Positions 1-10,238 of a DNA stretch of 64,000 nucleotides are shown piece after piece (the first letter of the stretch is position 1; each line of letters opens with the position of its first letter). The position numbers and the translations under genes were made by a program. The notes beneath the pieces are model-generated. The model did no database searches. It was not told the origin of the DNA and was given only the letters and a program-made list of their open reading frames with translations. The DNA is from Verrucomicrobiota bacterium (lineage in GTDB: Bacteria > Verrucomicrobiota > Verrucomicrobiia > Limisphaerales > CANJSG01): NCBI GenBank assembly GCA_038209745.1, contig JBBQXJ010000007.1:1-64000 (forward strand), written 5' to 3'.

Positions 1-1984
1 AGCGGTTGCTGGAACCGGGCGCCGTTTGAAACCGCCATTCGCCGTTGGTCAGCACGGTCGGTTCGGGCGCGTTTTTCCAGGACGCGCCCAGAGTCTCGGT
101 CGTTTCCACGGTCGCACCGTCGCCATGGGCCGGCCACACAACCCGGAGAACGCCGTTGGTGCGGGTCGCCGTGAGGCGGACCGGAGGATTGGTCAGGGTG
201 ACGACGACGGTCTGGTCGGTCCGCAACCGGGCGGAGACCCGTTGGGTGACGCCCTCGAGCGTGGCGGCCACTTCGTAGTCGCCCTTGAATCCACGCACGG
301 CCAGGCGCCCGTCGGACGCCGCGACTCCGTTGGTCTTCGTCCACCATTGGCCGAAGACCTGGTTGGTCCAGGCCACGCCGTTGGGCTTGATGGTCCAATC
401 GCGCCGGAACAGGGCGGCGTCGGGCAGCCAGTGGCGGCCTTCCCAGAAGCCCCACATGAGGACGCCGTCCACCGAGGGATGGCTGAAGGCGAGGGTGAGA
501 AAGTCCCGCGTGTAGTCGGCCTGCACGGCGGTGTCGGTGGTGTCGATGTCGAACTCGGTGACCTGGAGCGGAAGCCCGAAGGAACCGTAGCGGTCGAAGA
601 GTGCGAGGATCTGGTCGGGCGGGCTGAGGAAGGAGCCGAAGTGGCCCTGGAGCCCGATGCCCTCGACCGGGGCGCCGTTCGTGACGAGGTAGCCGAGGAT
701 GTGGTAGAACCCGGTCTGGTGCGCGGTGTTGGTGCCGACTTGTTCCAGGTTTCCGTAGTCGTTCACGTAGAGTCTTGCGACGGGATCGTTCTGCTTGGCG
801 GTCTTGAACCACTGGATCATCTCGGCGTTGCCGAGGACATCCATCACGTCGTGCTCGGAATAGGGTTCGTTGACCACGTCCCAGTCCACGAGCTGTCCGG
901 CGAACGCGGCGGAGGCGGAGGCGACGCGGTTGCTGACGCCGATGCGCAGCGCCGACGGGTTGTTGCTGAGCGCCGCGACGCTGGAAGGCATCCAGCGCCA
1001 CGCCGGCCAAAGGAGGTTGTGTCCGCGCACTTCGATGTCGCGGTCCCGGAGCCACTTCACGGAGCTGATGGCGCGCTGTGGATTGCCGGCGAAGTTGGGC
1101 CACTTCAGGTCGTTCTCCAGCACGACCCGGTTGAACCAATTGGTGACGACACCGCGATAGAGATCGTTGGACAGACCGGCACCGAGAAGAGTGGCGCCAT
1201 CCACGGCGGATCCGAAGGGGAAGGCATGCCGCGTCATCCGCACTGAGACCTCGGCCCCGGCGAGGGGCGTGCCGCGTTCGTCCTGCACGAGCACGGTGAG
1301 ATCGGCCTTGCGGAGCTGCTCGATGCGTTGGGCGGCGGGAACGCGCCAGGCGGCATCGGGCGCCCGGCCGGCATAGGTGATGTCGCTGTCGAGGTTCGTC
1401 ACGGCGACGGTCTTCAGGTAGTTCGTCAACGCGACTCCGCCGATCTCGACCACCTGTGGATCGAAGCCGAGAGGGAAGTTCACCTGCGCCTGGCCGGCGG
1501 CGTAGTTCGTGACGGCGGCGAAGGCATAGCGGAAGCGGTGCCACGCGCCGGCACCTTCGTTGAACGTTCGCGAAGCGGACTTCTCATAGGGCGCGCCCGC
1601 CCGCTCGAAAATGAACGCGGCGAAGGCGTCGTCGTTCACCGCGGAAACCCGGCGGAGGTAGAACGTGGCCTGGAGCACGTCGTTGCTGGAGACGGCGGCG
1701 GACGTGGGGATGCTCAGCTGGACGTTGTAGGTGTTGTCCGGCCGTTTGAACGTGCTGACGCGAACGGCCGTGCCGAAGGGCTGGTCCGTGACCCCGACGA
1801 TCTGGCTGGAAGCGTAGGAAGAGTCCGGTCGCTGGAGGTTCCACGCGCCCGGCAACGACGCCGGGAGGACGGATGTCTGGGCCCAAGCCGGCGTCGCCAC
1901 GAGCAGCAGCCAACCGCAACCAATCCCCAACGCAAGGACGCGGGACCTGCCGGCAGAGATCGGACCGATGGGAAACGTCACCAT
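1..1984 (-). CDS. Secreted GH10 endo-1,4-beta-xylanase-like protein with N-terminal accessory (CBM-like) domain; 3' end runs off the window
   Basis: Manual translation from ATG at 1984 (not in the ORF track): signal peptide ending TPAWAQ, and GH10 motifs RGHNLLW, DWDVVNEP (acid/base), GIGLQGHF and QVTEFDI (nucleophile). Confidence 0.88.
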   Translation of the reverse strand, partial: MVTFPIGPISAGRSRVLALGIGCGWLLLVATPAWAQTSVLPASLPGAWNLQRPDSSYASSQIVGVTDQPFGTAVRVSTFKRPDNTYNVQLSIPTSAAVSSNDVLQATFYLRRVSAVNDDAFAAFIFERAGAPYEKSASRTFNEGAGAWHRFRYAFAAVTNYAAGQAQVNFPLGFDPQVVEIGGVALTNYLKTVAVTNLDSDITYAGRAPDAAWRVPAAQRIEQLRKADLTVLVQDERGTPLAGAEVSVRMTRHAFPFGSAVDGATLLGAGLSNDLYRGVVTNWFNRVVLENDLKWPNFAGNPQRAISSVKWLRDRDIEVRGHNLLWPAWRWMPSSVAALSNNPSALRIGVSNRVASASAAFAGQLVDWDVVNEPYSEHDVMDVLGNAEMIQWFKTAKQNDPVARLYVNDYGNLEQVGTNTAHQTGFYHILGYLVTNGAPVEGIGLQGHFGSFLSPPDQILALFDRYGSFGLPLQVTEFDIDTTDTAVQADYTRDFLTLAFSHPSVDGVLMWGFWEGRHWLPDAALFRRDWTIKPNGVAWTNQVFGQWWTKTNGVAASDGRLAVRGFKGDYEVAATLEGVTQRVSARLRTDQTVVVTLTNPPVRLTATRTNGVLRVVWPAHGDGATVETTETLGASWKNAPEPTVLTNGEWRFQTAPGSSNR

Positions 1985-1997
1985 TGAGGATCGGGGC

Positions 1998-2681
1998 TCA
2001 CGCCACCGGGGTGTAGCCCATGACCACATCAAATTTTGCCGCCAGTTCTCCAGCCTTGGATCCTGCGACGGGATTAAAAGGAACGATGACCGACTGCCGG
2101 GCTTTCCGGTCCGAGATGCCGCGCAGGACGCCGTCCTTCTCGTTCTGCGGTTCGCCCTCGATGTAGCACTGGGTGGTGAACTTCTCGCGGCCCTTGATCT
2201 TCACCGCCACATGGATGTGGGGCGTGCGGCCGGGATAGGGCACGGGCTTGATCGTGCGAAATCCGTAGTCGCCGGAGGAGCCGGTCAGGAACCGGCCGAA
2301 GCCCTGGAAGTTCAAGTCGCGTTTCGCGACCCGCGTGTCCCGGGTGTTGATATAGGCTCCGGTGTGGTCCACCTGCCAAATCTCGACGAGAGCGTTGCGA
2401 ATGGGATCGCCCCGCGAATCGAGAATCCGTCCGCTCAGCCAGGTGATCTCGCCCGCCGCCGGGGTCAAGGCGTCGTTAACCGTGATGAGGTCGTTGTCGG
2501 TGTCGAGCGGCAGTTTGTCAGGATAGAACGGCCCCTCGGTCTGGCGCGGAGTCAGGGTCAGGGCTTCGGCGAAGGCGCCCGGCACGCAGAAGAGTGCGGA
2601 ACCGGCGGCCACGGCCTGGAGGAAGCGACGCCGGCCGACGGCAGATCCGGAACGGCGCAGGAGGAGGGATGGACGGTTCAT
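1998..2681 (-). CDS. Tat-exported intradiol ring-cleavage dioxygenase family protein (protocatechuate 3,4-dioxygenase-like)
   Basis: GRRRFL Tat motif; TEGPFYP, VEIWQ, YPGRTPHIH motifs. Confidence 0.88.
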   Translation of the reverse strand: MNRPSLLLRRSGSAVGRRRFLQAVAAGSALFCVPGAFAEALTLTPRQTEGPFYPDKLPLDTDNDLITVNDALTPAAGEITWLSGRILDSRGDPIRNALVEIWQVDHTGAYINTRDTRVAKRDLNFQGFGRFLTGSSGDYGFRTIKPVPYPGRTPHIHVAVKIKGREKFTTQCYIEGEPQNEKDGVLRGISDRKARQSVIVPFNPVAGSKAGELAAKFDVVMGYTPVA

Positions 2682-2786
2682 GGCAGGGAGATGATCGCGG
2701 GGCCAGGACGACGGTTACTTCCATTCCGCAGTGGGGTCCATCACGCAGTTTCCAGCTCTGCCGCGTCCCGACGAAGGCGGCCGTGC

Positions 2787-2814
2787 TCAAGTCATCCCCG
2801 GTCAAGGCCGATGG
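2787..2814 (+). promoter_or_regulatory. Putative sigma28 (FliA)-type promoter of cheA
   Basis: TCAA-N16-GCCGATGG ending 28 nt upstream of the cheA ATG. Confidence 0.55.
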
Positions 2815-2842
2815 AACTCAAAGAGACTCTCACGAAGCGCCT

Positions 2843-5044
2843 ATGCCACAATTCACCACTGAACAGCTTGCGAAGCTGACCGGCCTGACGAGCGGCATCG
2901 GTCTCGAACTGGTTTTCGTCGAACCGGGCAAAGACATCGGACTGCTGCCGGCGAACAACCTTCTGACCCAGATCGAGGAACTGGCCGGCAATTCCGGCCA
3001 CGAAGAGGTGGAGCACGCCATCGAATTCGGACGGTCTTGGATCGACCACATCTTCAACAACAACGGGAATTTCGACGTCCCGTCCATCAAGAGCCTGAAC
3101 TCCTGCATCCAATGGCTCCAGCGGGCCTGGGATGAGCTCGGCCGCAACCAGCCGGTGCCCGAACCTCCCACCAACTGGTCCAAACCCGAACAGTCCCAAG
3201 CATTGCCCGAAGCATTGCCCGAAGCGGAAACGGAACTCGTCGGGGATGCCAGCGAACTGGAAGAGCCGCTGTTGATGAACGTGGAGGCGGACGGCGACCT
3301 GATCCGAGAGTTTACAAACGAATCGCACGAGCACCTGCAAAACATCGAGCTCGGCGTCCTGATCCTGGAGGACAACCCCGGGGACATGGACACGCTCAAC
3401 TCGATCTTCAGAGCTTTTCATACGTTCAAAGGCGGATCGGGCTTCCTCAACCTGAAACCGATCAATCGCCTGGCCCACGAGCTCGAATCCCTCCTCGACC
3501 TCGCCCGAAAGGGTCAGCTGACGATCAGTTCCGAAGTCATCAACGTCATCCTCAGCGGAGGCGACACCTTGAAGCAGTTCATCACAGAGGTGGAGCTCCT
3601 CCTGTCCGGACAGAGATCCGAAGCGACGATCATTCCGATCCAACCGCTCATCCGCCGCGCTCACCGGGCAATGGGGTTGGGACTCACGCTCGCTCCGCCC
3701 GTGGTCGAAGGGGCGAAGCCGGCACTCGTGGTCGCCACACCCGCACCGCAGGTTCAGGCTGAATCCTCCAAGATCGTCCAACTGTCACTGGCTCCGGCGG
3801 CCGGGCTGCCCAAAGCGGCCGCCAAAAGCCAAGCCTCCGCAAACGAAGGCCAGAAGCCGGCCGGAGCCACCTCCATCAAGGTCGACACCGCCAAGCTCGA
3901 CGTCCTCGTCGATCTGGTCGGTGAAATGGTCATCGCCCAGTCGCTCGTCGCTCAGCATCCAGACGTGAAGCTGATCCAGAACGAGCAGTTCACCCGCTTC
4001 CTCTCCCAGCTCTGCCGCATCACCAACGACCTTCAAAAGACCGCGATGTCCCTCCGGATGGTGCCCGTCCGGGGGACCTTCCAGAAAATGCAGCGCCTCG
4101 TCCGCGACGTCGCCGTGAAGTCCGGGAAACAGGTCGAGCTTGTGATGGTCGGCGAAGAGATAGAACTCGACCGCAACATCACCGAAGAGATCAACGACCC
4201 GCTGGTGCACATGATCCGCAACTCCGTGGACCACGGTATCGAAAAGCCCGAGGTGCGGGTCGCCAAGGGCAAGTCAGCCACGGGCAAGGTCACGCTCAGC
4301 GCCTTCCACCAGGGCGGAAACATCGTCATCCAGATCAAGGACGACGGCAACGGACTGGACAAAGAGCGCATCCTCGCGAAAGCGGTCGAACAAGGAATCG
4401 TCGATCCCGGAGCGACCCTCCCGGACAGGGACATCTTCGGACTGATCTTCGCCCCGGGATTCTCCACGGCGGAAAAGGTCACTGACCTCTCGGGGCGCGG
4501 AGTCGGCATGGACGTTGTCCGAAAGAACATCGAGAAACTGCGGGGCAAGATCGAGATCGAGTCGACACCCGGCCTTGGGTCGACCTTCACGATCTATCTG
4601 CCGCTCACCCTCGCCATCATCGACGGCATGATCATTTCCGTCGGTCACCACCGCTACATCATCCCCACGCTGTCGGTCCGGGAATCCTTCCGTCCGACCC
4701 GCGCAATGCTCTCCACCGTCCACGGACGCGGCGAGATGGTGAACGTCCGAGGCCGCATCAATCCTCTGGTCCGACTGCACGAGGTCTTCGGTCTGTCAGA
4801 CACCGCCACGGACCCGTGCGAAGCCATTGTCATCGTGGTTGAGTCCGGCTCCCACACCCGCTGCCTGATGGTCGACGATCTGCTGGGAAAACAAGAGGTT
4901 GTCATCAAGAGCCTGGGCGACACCTTCAAGTCCAACAAAGCACTCGCAGGTGCCGCCATCCTCGGGGACGGACGTGTGGGACTGATACTCGACGTCGACG
5001 CCCTCGTCCGCATGAAACCCGAACGCCTTCCGAAAGCCGCCTGA
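2843..5044 (+). CDS. cheA: Chemotaxis histidine kinase CheA
   Basis: Hpt FRAFHTFKGGSG, dimerization KLDVLVDLVGEMVI, HATPase HMIRNSVDHGIE/SGRGVGMDVV, C-terminal CheW domain; ATG 2843 preferred over the ORF-track start at 2594. Confidence 0.96.
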   Translation: MPQFTTEQLAKLTGLTSGIGLELVFVEPGKDIGLLPANNLLTQIEELAGNSGHEEVEHAIEFGRSWIDHIFNNNGNFDVPSIKSLNSCIQWLQRAWDELGRNQPVPEPPTNWSKPEQSQALPEALPEAETELVGDASELEEPLLMNVEADGDLIREFTNESHEHLQNIELGVLILEDNPGDMDTLNSIFRAFHTFKGGSGFLNLKPINRLAHELESLLDLARKGQLTISSEVINVILSGGDTLKQFITEVELLLSGQRSEATIIPIQPLIRRAHRAMGLGLTLAPPVVEGAKPALVVATPAPQVQAESSKIVQLSLAPAAGLPKAAAKSQASANEGQKPAGATSIKVDTAKLDVLVDLVGEMVIAQSLVAQHPDVKLIQNEQFTRFLSQLCRITNDLQKTAMSLRMVPVRGTFQKMQRLVRDVAVKSGKQVELVMVGEEIELDRNITEEINDPLVHMIRNSVDHGIEKPEVRVAKGKSATGKVTLSAFHQGGNIVIQIKDDGNGLDKERILAKAVEQGIVDPGATLPDRDIFGLIFAPGFSTAEKVTDLSGRGVGMDVVRKNIEKLRGKIEIESTPGLGSTFTIYLPLTLAIIDGMIISVGHHRYIIPTLSVRESFRPTRAMLSTVHGRGEMVNVRGRINPLVRLHEVFGLSDTATDPCEAIVIVVESGSHTRCLMVDDLLGKQEVVIKSLGDTFKSNKALAGAAILGDGRVGLILDVDALVRMKPERLPKAA

Positions 5045-5061
5045 ATCCATTCGCCCGACCC

Positions 5062-5568
5062 ATGAGCACCGCCACCTTCGACTCCAAGAGCGCCAACCAG
5101 CACGCCACCGCCAAGTTCCTGACCTTCGTCCTCGGCGATGAATCCTATGGCATTCCCGTGATGAAGATCCGGGAGATCATCCAGATGACGGACATCACCG
5201 CTGTCCCGCGGATGCCCGACTACATCAAAGGCGTCATCAACCTGCGCGGAAAGGTCATCCCCATCGTGGATCTGCGCACAAAGTTCGGCTTGGCCAACGT
5301 GGCCGCCACCGAGCGCACCTGCATCGTGGTGGTCCAGGTCGCTCAGGCCAACGGCAACAGCCCGCAAATGGGTCTGATCGTGGACGCCGTGGAAGAAGTC
5401 CTGAACATCAACGCCAGCGACATCGAGGCGACGCCGGACTTCGGCGGCCGGGTGGATACTGAATACATGATCGGCATGGCCAAGGTTCGCAATGTGGTGA
5501 AGACCCTGCTCGACATCGACAAGATCGTTTCGGCCGAATCCCTCGTCCGAATCCCCACAAACGCCTGA
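5062..5568 (+). CDS. cheW: Chemotaxis adaptor CheW
   Basis: FLTFVLGDESYGIP, KGVINLRGKVIPIVDLR, MGLIVDAVEEV; directly follows cheA. Confidence 0.96.
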   Translation: MSTATFDSKSANQHATAKFLTFVLGDESYGIPVMKIREIIQMTDITAVPRMPDYIKGVINLRGKVIPIVDLRTKFGLANVAATERTCIVVVQVAQANGNSPQMGLIVDAVEEVLNINASDIEATPDFGGRVDTEYMIGMAKVRNVVKTLLDIDKIVSAESLVRIPTNA

Positions 5569-5831
5569 GGAGCCCCTCCCCTCCCGTCGTTTTGTGACCG
5601 GGCCCAACCGAAGGAAGTCAAACCACCCAAATGGAAAACCGAAGATCGAAAAAGCGCCGCAGTCGCCCGAAAGAAACGCCCGCCGCATCTCCCGGACTCA
5701 TCTGGGACAACCTAAAGTTCTCGCTGAAGGGCTTCTTCAAAGCGTGCAGATCCCGGGCGCGAAAAGACCAGATCCCGTCGAAGACCGAATCGGAAGATTC
5801 CCACCCCTGACGCCGTCGGCTACGGTCGCCT

Positions 5832-6932
5832 GTGATGACTGGCAGAGACGTTGATCGGCTTTTGTTCGGGTGCGTGCGCGGCGCCGCTGCCCGTTCTCTG
5901 GTTGCCAGCCTGTTGGCCGCCTTCAGCTTTGGATGCGTCGCTCCCGGCCCATCCCTTCCGCTCAGCCGTTTCGAATACGCCCGCCCCGAAATGGGAGTGC
6001 CCTTCCGCATCGTGTTGTACGCCAGCGATCGACCGACCGCCGACTCCGCCGCAGAAGCAGCGTTCGCCCGGATCGCGGCCTTGAACGACCATCTGAGCGA
6101 CTACGAATACGACAGCGAATTGAGCGCTCTCTCCCGCACGAGCGGATCGGGCACCAACGTTCCGGTGAGCCCCGAACTTTGGAAGGTCCTCGTCCAGGCC
6201 CAGAAACTTGCCGAACAAACCTCCGGCGCCTTCGATGTCACCGTCGGTCCCATGACGAGCCTCTGGCGCAAGGTTCGACGGGAAAAAAGACTTCCCCCGC
6301 CTGAACGTCTCGCCGAGACCCGGCAACAGACCGGATACCAATGGCTCCGGCTCGATCCCGTCCGACATTCCGTCCGACTCGATCAGCCCTCCATGCGCCT
6401 GGATCTGGGCGGCATCGCCAAAGGCTACGCGGCGGACGAGGCATTGGCGGAACTGGGCAAACACGGGATTGGTCGGGCCTTCGTCGCCGCAGCAGGCGAC
6501 ATCTCTCTCGGCGGCCCCCCACCCGGACGCCGTGGCTGGACGATCACCGTGGGCGACATCGATGCTCCAGGAGCGCCCGAACCCCTGCATTTGGAACTCG
6601 CCCACCGGGGAGTTTCCACGAGCGGCGACCTGTTCCAATTCGTCGAAATCGACGCGGTGCGCTACTCCCACATCGTCGATCCGAGAACCGGCTTCGGGCT
6701 GACGAACCACAGTCTGGTGACCGTCGTCGCTCCGGACGGCATCACCGCCGACTCGTTGGCAACCGCCATCAGCGTTCTTGGCCCAAAGTCGGGACTTCGA
6801 TTGGCTCAATCGATTCCTGGAGTGGCGGCCCAAGTGATTCAACCGGAGAAGAACAGGTTCAAAACATACGCGACGGCTCTGTTCAAGAATCTCCTCCGTG
6901 CTTCCCCAATCCATTCTGAAACGGTGGACTAG
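5832..6932 (+). CDS. apbE: FAD:protein FMN transferase lipoprotein (ApbE family); start uncertain
   Basis: Lipobox FSFGC; GAFDVTVGP, LDLGGIAKGYAAD, STSGD, YSHIVDPRTG. Confidence 0.92.
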   Translation: MMTGRDVDRLLFGCVRGAAARSLVASLLAAFSFGCVAPGPSLPLSRFEYARPEMGVPFRIVLYASDRPTADSAAEAAFARIAALNDHLSDYEYDSELSALSRTSGSGTNVPVSPELWKVLVQAQKLAEQTSGAFDVTVGPMTSLWRKVRREKRLPPPERLAETRQQTGYQWLRLDPVRHSVRLDQPSMRLDLGGIAKGYAADEALAELGKHGIGRAFVAAAGDISLGGPPPGRRGWTITVGDIDAPGAPEPLHLELAHRGVSTSGDLFQFVEIDAVRYSHIVDPRTGFGLTNHSLVTVVAPDGITADSLATAISVLGPKSGLRLAQSIPGVAAQVIQPEKNRFKTYATALFKNLLRASPIHSETVD

Positions 6933-6966
6933 TCGCGGCACAGATGTATCGTCCGTGCATTAGGCG

Positions 6967-7842
6967 ATGATATCCGGTCATTCCAATAATCAGCGATTTC
7001 GAAGCGGCCCCGAGCTTCCGCGCGCCGGATTCTCCCTCATCGAGCTTCTGGTGGTCATCGCCATCATCGCCGTGCTCGCAGCCATGCTTCTGCCTTCTCT
7101 TAGCAGGACCCAAGAACGCGGCCGACGCATATCCTGTTTGAACAATCTCAAACAACTCCAGCTCTGCTGGACGATGTATACTCACGACAACGCCGACGCC
7201 GTTCCTCCCAACAATTCGATCGCGTTCATCGATGAAGTCAGCCTAAAAGTCGTCGAGGAAGTTAAAAAGCTGACTTGGTGCGGCAGCAACGCCCTCTACG
7301 ACACCAACACGATCCTGATCAAAGCGGGGGTGCTCTTCCCCTACAACCAATCCACCCGTATCTACAAGTGCCCATCCGACCGGGCCGGAGTCTTGTCATT
7401 GACCGGAACGGTTCTCCCCGTCGACCGGAACCGGAGCTACAACATGAACGGCACCGTCGGATGCACCGAAACATGGTGGTCTCCCGGCTACACCCGGGTC
7501 TCGCAGATGCGGCAGCCAGGACCCTCCCAAGTCTTCATCTTTACCGAGGTGCATGAGGATTGCATCTACGACGCCCATTTCGGCATCGGGGCCGACTTTC
7601 CCGGTGCGATTCTGAACTCGTTCGAAAACAACTGGGGTGAGATTCCTGCCGACCGGCACGACCGGGGAGCGGACCTATCGTTTGCGGACGGCCATGTCGA
7701 GTATTGGAAGTGGCGGCGTCCGAAATCTCCCGGACACTGGGGAAGGCCCGTTTCCGACGACGAAGAACTCAAGGACTTGCGCCGTCTGCAATCGGCCGTG
7801 TGCCCTGATTGGTCTCAGTCGGGAATCCCGAGACCTTGGTGA
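6967..7842 (+). CDS. Prepilin-type N-methylation domain protein with H-X9-DG C-terminal motif (PVC-expanded family)
   Basis: [48 protein letters not shown]. Confidence 0.9.
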   Translation: MISGHSNNQRFRSGPELPRAGFSLIELLVVIAIIAVLAAMLLPSLSRTQERGRRISCLNNLKQLQLCWTMYTHDNADAVPPNNSIAFIDEVSLKVVEEVKKLTWCGSNALYDTNTILIKAGVLFPYNQSTRIYKCPSDRAGVLSLTGTVLPVDRNRSYNMNGTVGCTETWWSPGYTRVSQMRQPGPSQVFIFTEVHEDCIYDAHFGIGADFPGAILNSFENNWGEIPADRHDRGADLSFADGHVEYWKWRRPKSPGHWGRPVSDDEELKDLRRLQSAVCPDWSQSGIPRPW

Positions 7843-7935
7843 TCCGCGGCCCCGCCAACCGGCAGTGACCCAAAAAGTTTAAAGCAGGGCATTGACACTG
7901 ACGGGCAACTTTAGGCACGTTTTCCGCCCTTGGAT

Positions 7936-8010
<75 letters not shown>

Positions 8011-8537
8011 CTTCATTATCAGGGAGTTAGGACGGATTTCTTTTCTGTGCAATCACATGCAACGCTTCTCTGCCGGGGCTCCGTGTTTGCAGGTATGGGC
8101 GAGTGAGGGCGTTTGGATACCATTTGATAGCTACAGCACTGGCTACAACGCGAAACCCGCCCGGATCTCGTGGGGCGGGTGGGATGCGCTGGGGGATTTC
8201 GGGCGGCCGAGGAAATACATGAGTGGCTCTCGGTGACTTTCACGCTGCTGTGCCGGAGCCGGTGGCGCGGTCGAAGCCTGCAAAGGATCGACACAGCGAC
8301 CCACTAAGTTCCAGCACCCCTCTCAACGTTTTCCCAAAGGCATTCCGTTGCGAACGCTGTCTTTCCAGAGACCTCCGAGCGACTGTCTCCCTTGGCACTG
8401 TTCGTCTTCCAAGGACTCACCCCAGGCCATAGCGGCCGCAGTCGGAAATTGGTCCGTTTACGGAGCATGGCGGATAACAGGAGAGGCCGTTTCAACACAG
8501 TGAACGGAGCCAATCGCATGTCCAGATATACAGCCAC

Positions 8538-8568
8538 AAAAAACCCGCCGAACTTCGGCGGGTTTTTT
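8538..8568. terminator. Bidirectional intrinsic terminator downstream of rpsI
   Basis: AAAAAA-CCCGCCGAA-c-TTCGGCGGG-TTTTTT. Confidence 0.88.
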
Positions 8569-8584
8569 GGAAACTATCGATCGA

Positions 8585-8992
8585 TCAGCGCTTGCTGAAC
8601 TGGAAACGCTTGCGAGCGCCGGGTTGACCGTATTTCTTACGCTCCTTCATACGGGAGTCGCGGGTCAGCAGGCCGTTGGTCTTCAGCGAGGGCCTGAAAT
8701 TTGCATCCGCTACGATCAACGCGCGCGAAATACCATGCCGGACAGCGCCAGCTTGCCCCATCGGACCGCCACCACTGACGTTTACGCGAACGTCGAAGCG
8801 ACCCGAAGTCTCAGTGACTTGGAAAGGCATCGAGGCAACTTGCCGGAGCGTTTCGGTCGGGAAATACGCATCAAACGTGCGGCCGTTGACGGTGATTGTT
8901 CCGGAGCCGGGTGCGATCCGGACGCGGGCCACGGCGGACTTGCGGCGACCGGTGCCGAGGAATTCCTGAGTCTTGGGATCCTGCTTGATCAT
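8585..8992 (-). CDS. rpsI: 30S ribosomal protein S9
   Basis: [39 protein letters not shown]. Confidence 0.98.
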   Translation of the reverse strand: MIKQDPKTQEFLGTGRRKSAVARVRIAPGSGTITVNGRTFDAYFPTETLRQVASMPFQVTETSGRFDVRVNVSGGGPMGQAGAVRHGISRALIVADANFRPSLKTNGLLTRDSRMKERKKYGQPGARKRFQFSKR

Positions 8993-8998
8993 ACGAGA

Positions 8999-9436
8999 TT
9001 AGTTGGCTAGGGCGAGGACAGCGGGCTGCTGGGCGATGTGCGGGTGGTTCGGACCGGCGTAGACCTTGAGCTTTGTGATCAGCGCGCGACCCAGCCGGTT
9101 CTTCGGGATCATTCCCTTGACCGCATGCTGGATGAGACGCTCGGGATGTTTTTCGCGAATCTCTGGGACTGTGCGATATCGTTCGCCACCTTTCCAGCCG
9201 GAATAGCTCATATACTCCTTCTGCTGCTCCTTCTTACCGGTCAGCACGATTTTCTCGGCGTTGATGACGACCACGAAGTCGCCCGTGTCGAGATGGGGAG
9301 TATAAATGGGCTTGTTCTTACCACGCAGGACGTCGGCGACCTGAGCCGCCAACCGGCCGAGAATGGCTCCGTCGGCATCAATCACATGCCAATGATGCAG
9401 GCTGGCGTCGTTTGCTTTGGGCAGATATGTCTTCAT
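8999..9436 (-). CDS. rplM: 50S ribosomal protein L13
   Basis: WHVIDA, LGRLA, LRGKNKPIYTPHLDTGDFVVVINAEK; start MKTY at 9436. Confidence 0.98.
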   Translation of the reverse strand: MKTYLPKANDASLHHWHVIDADGAILGRLAAQVADVLRGKNKPIYTPHLDTGDFVVVINAEKIVLTGKKEQQKEYMSYSGWKGGERYRTVPEIREKHPERLIQHAVKGMIPKNRLGRALITKLKVYAGPNHPHIAQQPAVLALAN

Positions 9437-9639
9437 CAAAAACCTTTCCATCAAAGGAGGGGTGAGTGTAGCCAGCGAAGGGTTCGGGTCAATAGGCAAC
9501 ATGGACAATTTTCAAAACAGGACTTGCCTTGGATTTCCACGATGCCTAAGTTCGCGCCTCTTTTGAAGCTGCCGGACGCAGATGCCCGGCCAGTTGCCCT
9601 AAGTAACGGGCGGCGAAAGCAGAAACATTTTTCTATTTT

Positions 9640-9912
9640 ATGGCAGTCAAAATTCGTCTCAAACGCGTGGGAACGAAAAACACCCCGGTGTATCGCATCG
9701 TGGTGGCGGATGGCCGCAGCCCACGGGACGGCAAATTCATTGAAGAGATTGGAACCTACAATCCGATCAAAAAAACCGACAACTTCACCATCAAAGTGGA
9801 TCGGGCCGAGTATTGGATGAAGAACGGGGCCCGACCCAGCGACACGGTCGCCAGCTTCCTCCGCAAAGCCGCCAAAGCTGCCAAAGCTGCCGCCGTGGCT
9901 CCGGTGGTCTGA
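9640..9912 (+). CDS. rpsP: 30S ribosomal protein S16
   Basis: [34 protein letters not shown]. Confidence 0.98.
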   Translation: MAVKIRLKRVGTKNTPVYRIVVADGRSPRDGKFIEEIGTYNPIKKTDNFTIKVDRAEYWMKNGARPSDTVASFLRKAAKAAKAAAVAPVV

Positions 9913-9922
9913 TTTCCGAACC

Positions 9923-10216
9923 ATGCAGCCTTTCTTGGAATACGTGATCAAGGGGCTGGTGCCAAATCCGGAAGCAGCTCTGATAGCTCCTATAGAGCGC
10001 GAAGGTTCGACCGTCTACCAAATCCGTCTGAACCAAGCCGACATGGGCAAGATCATTGGACGAGAAGGCCAGACAATTAATGTGATCCGATCACTCCTCC
10101 AAGCCGGAGCTTCTCGCAAGGGGCTTCGTTGCACGGTAGAAGTTCTGGACGAAAATGGCCAGAGCCGCTCCGAGCGCCCGGTCCGAACGCTCCGAAACCG
10201 GGATAACCTACGTTAA
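9923..10216 (+). CDS. khpA: KH-domain RNA-binding protein (KhpA/YlqC family)
   Basis: DMGKIIGREGQTI KH motif; position after rpsP. Confidence 0.88.
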   Translation: MQPFLEYVIKGLVPNPEAALIAPIEREGSTVYQIRLNQADMGKIIGREGQTINVIRSLLQAGASRKGLRCTVEVLDENGQSRSERPVRTLRNRDNLR

Positions 10217-10238
10217 CTGCCCAGGCAATAGGCACGAC

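Noticed and set aside
3199..3224. Short tandem repeats (GCATTGCCCGAA x2 in cheA; GCCAAAGCT x2 in rpsP)
   Set aside because: In-frame low-complexity linker or tail coding, not an array
6967..7842. Prepilin-like genes (also 42742..43515) as a pilus or T2SS locus
   Set aside because: Isolated members of a family that is highly expanded in PVC genomes; no assembly genes nearby
7912..7927. sigma54-like GG-N10-GC upstream of the tRNA
   Set aside because: The implied start site would fall inside the mature tRNA; the TTGACA-based promoter fits better
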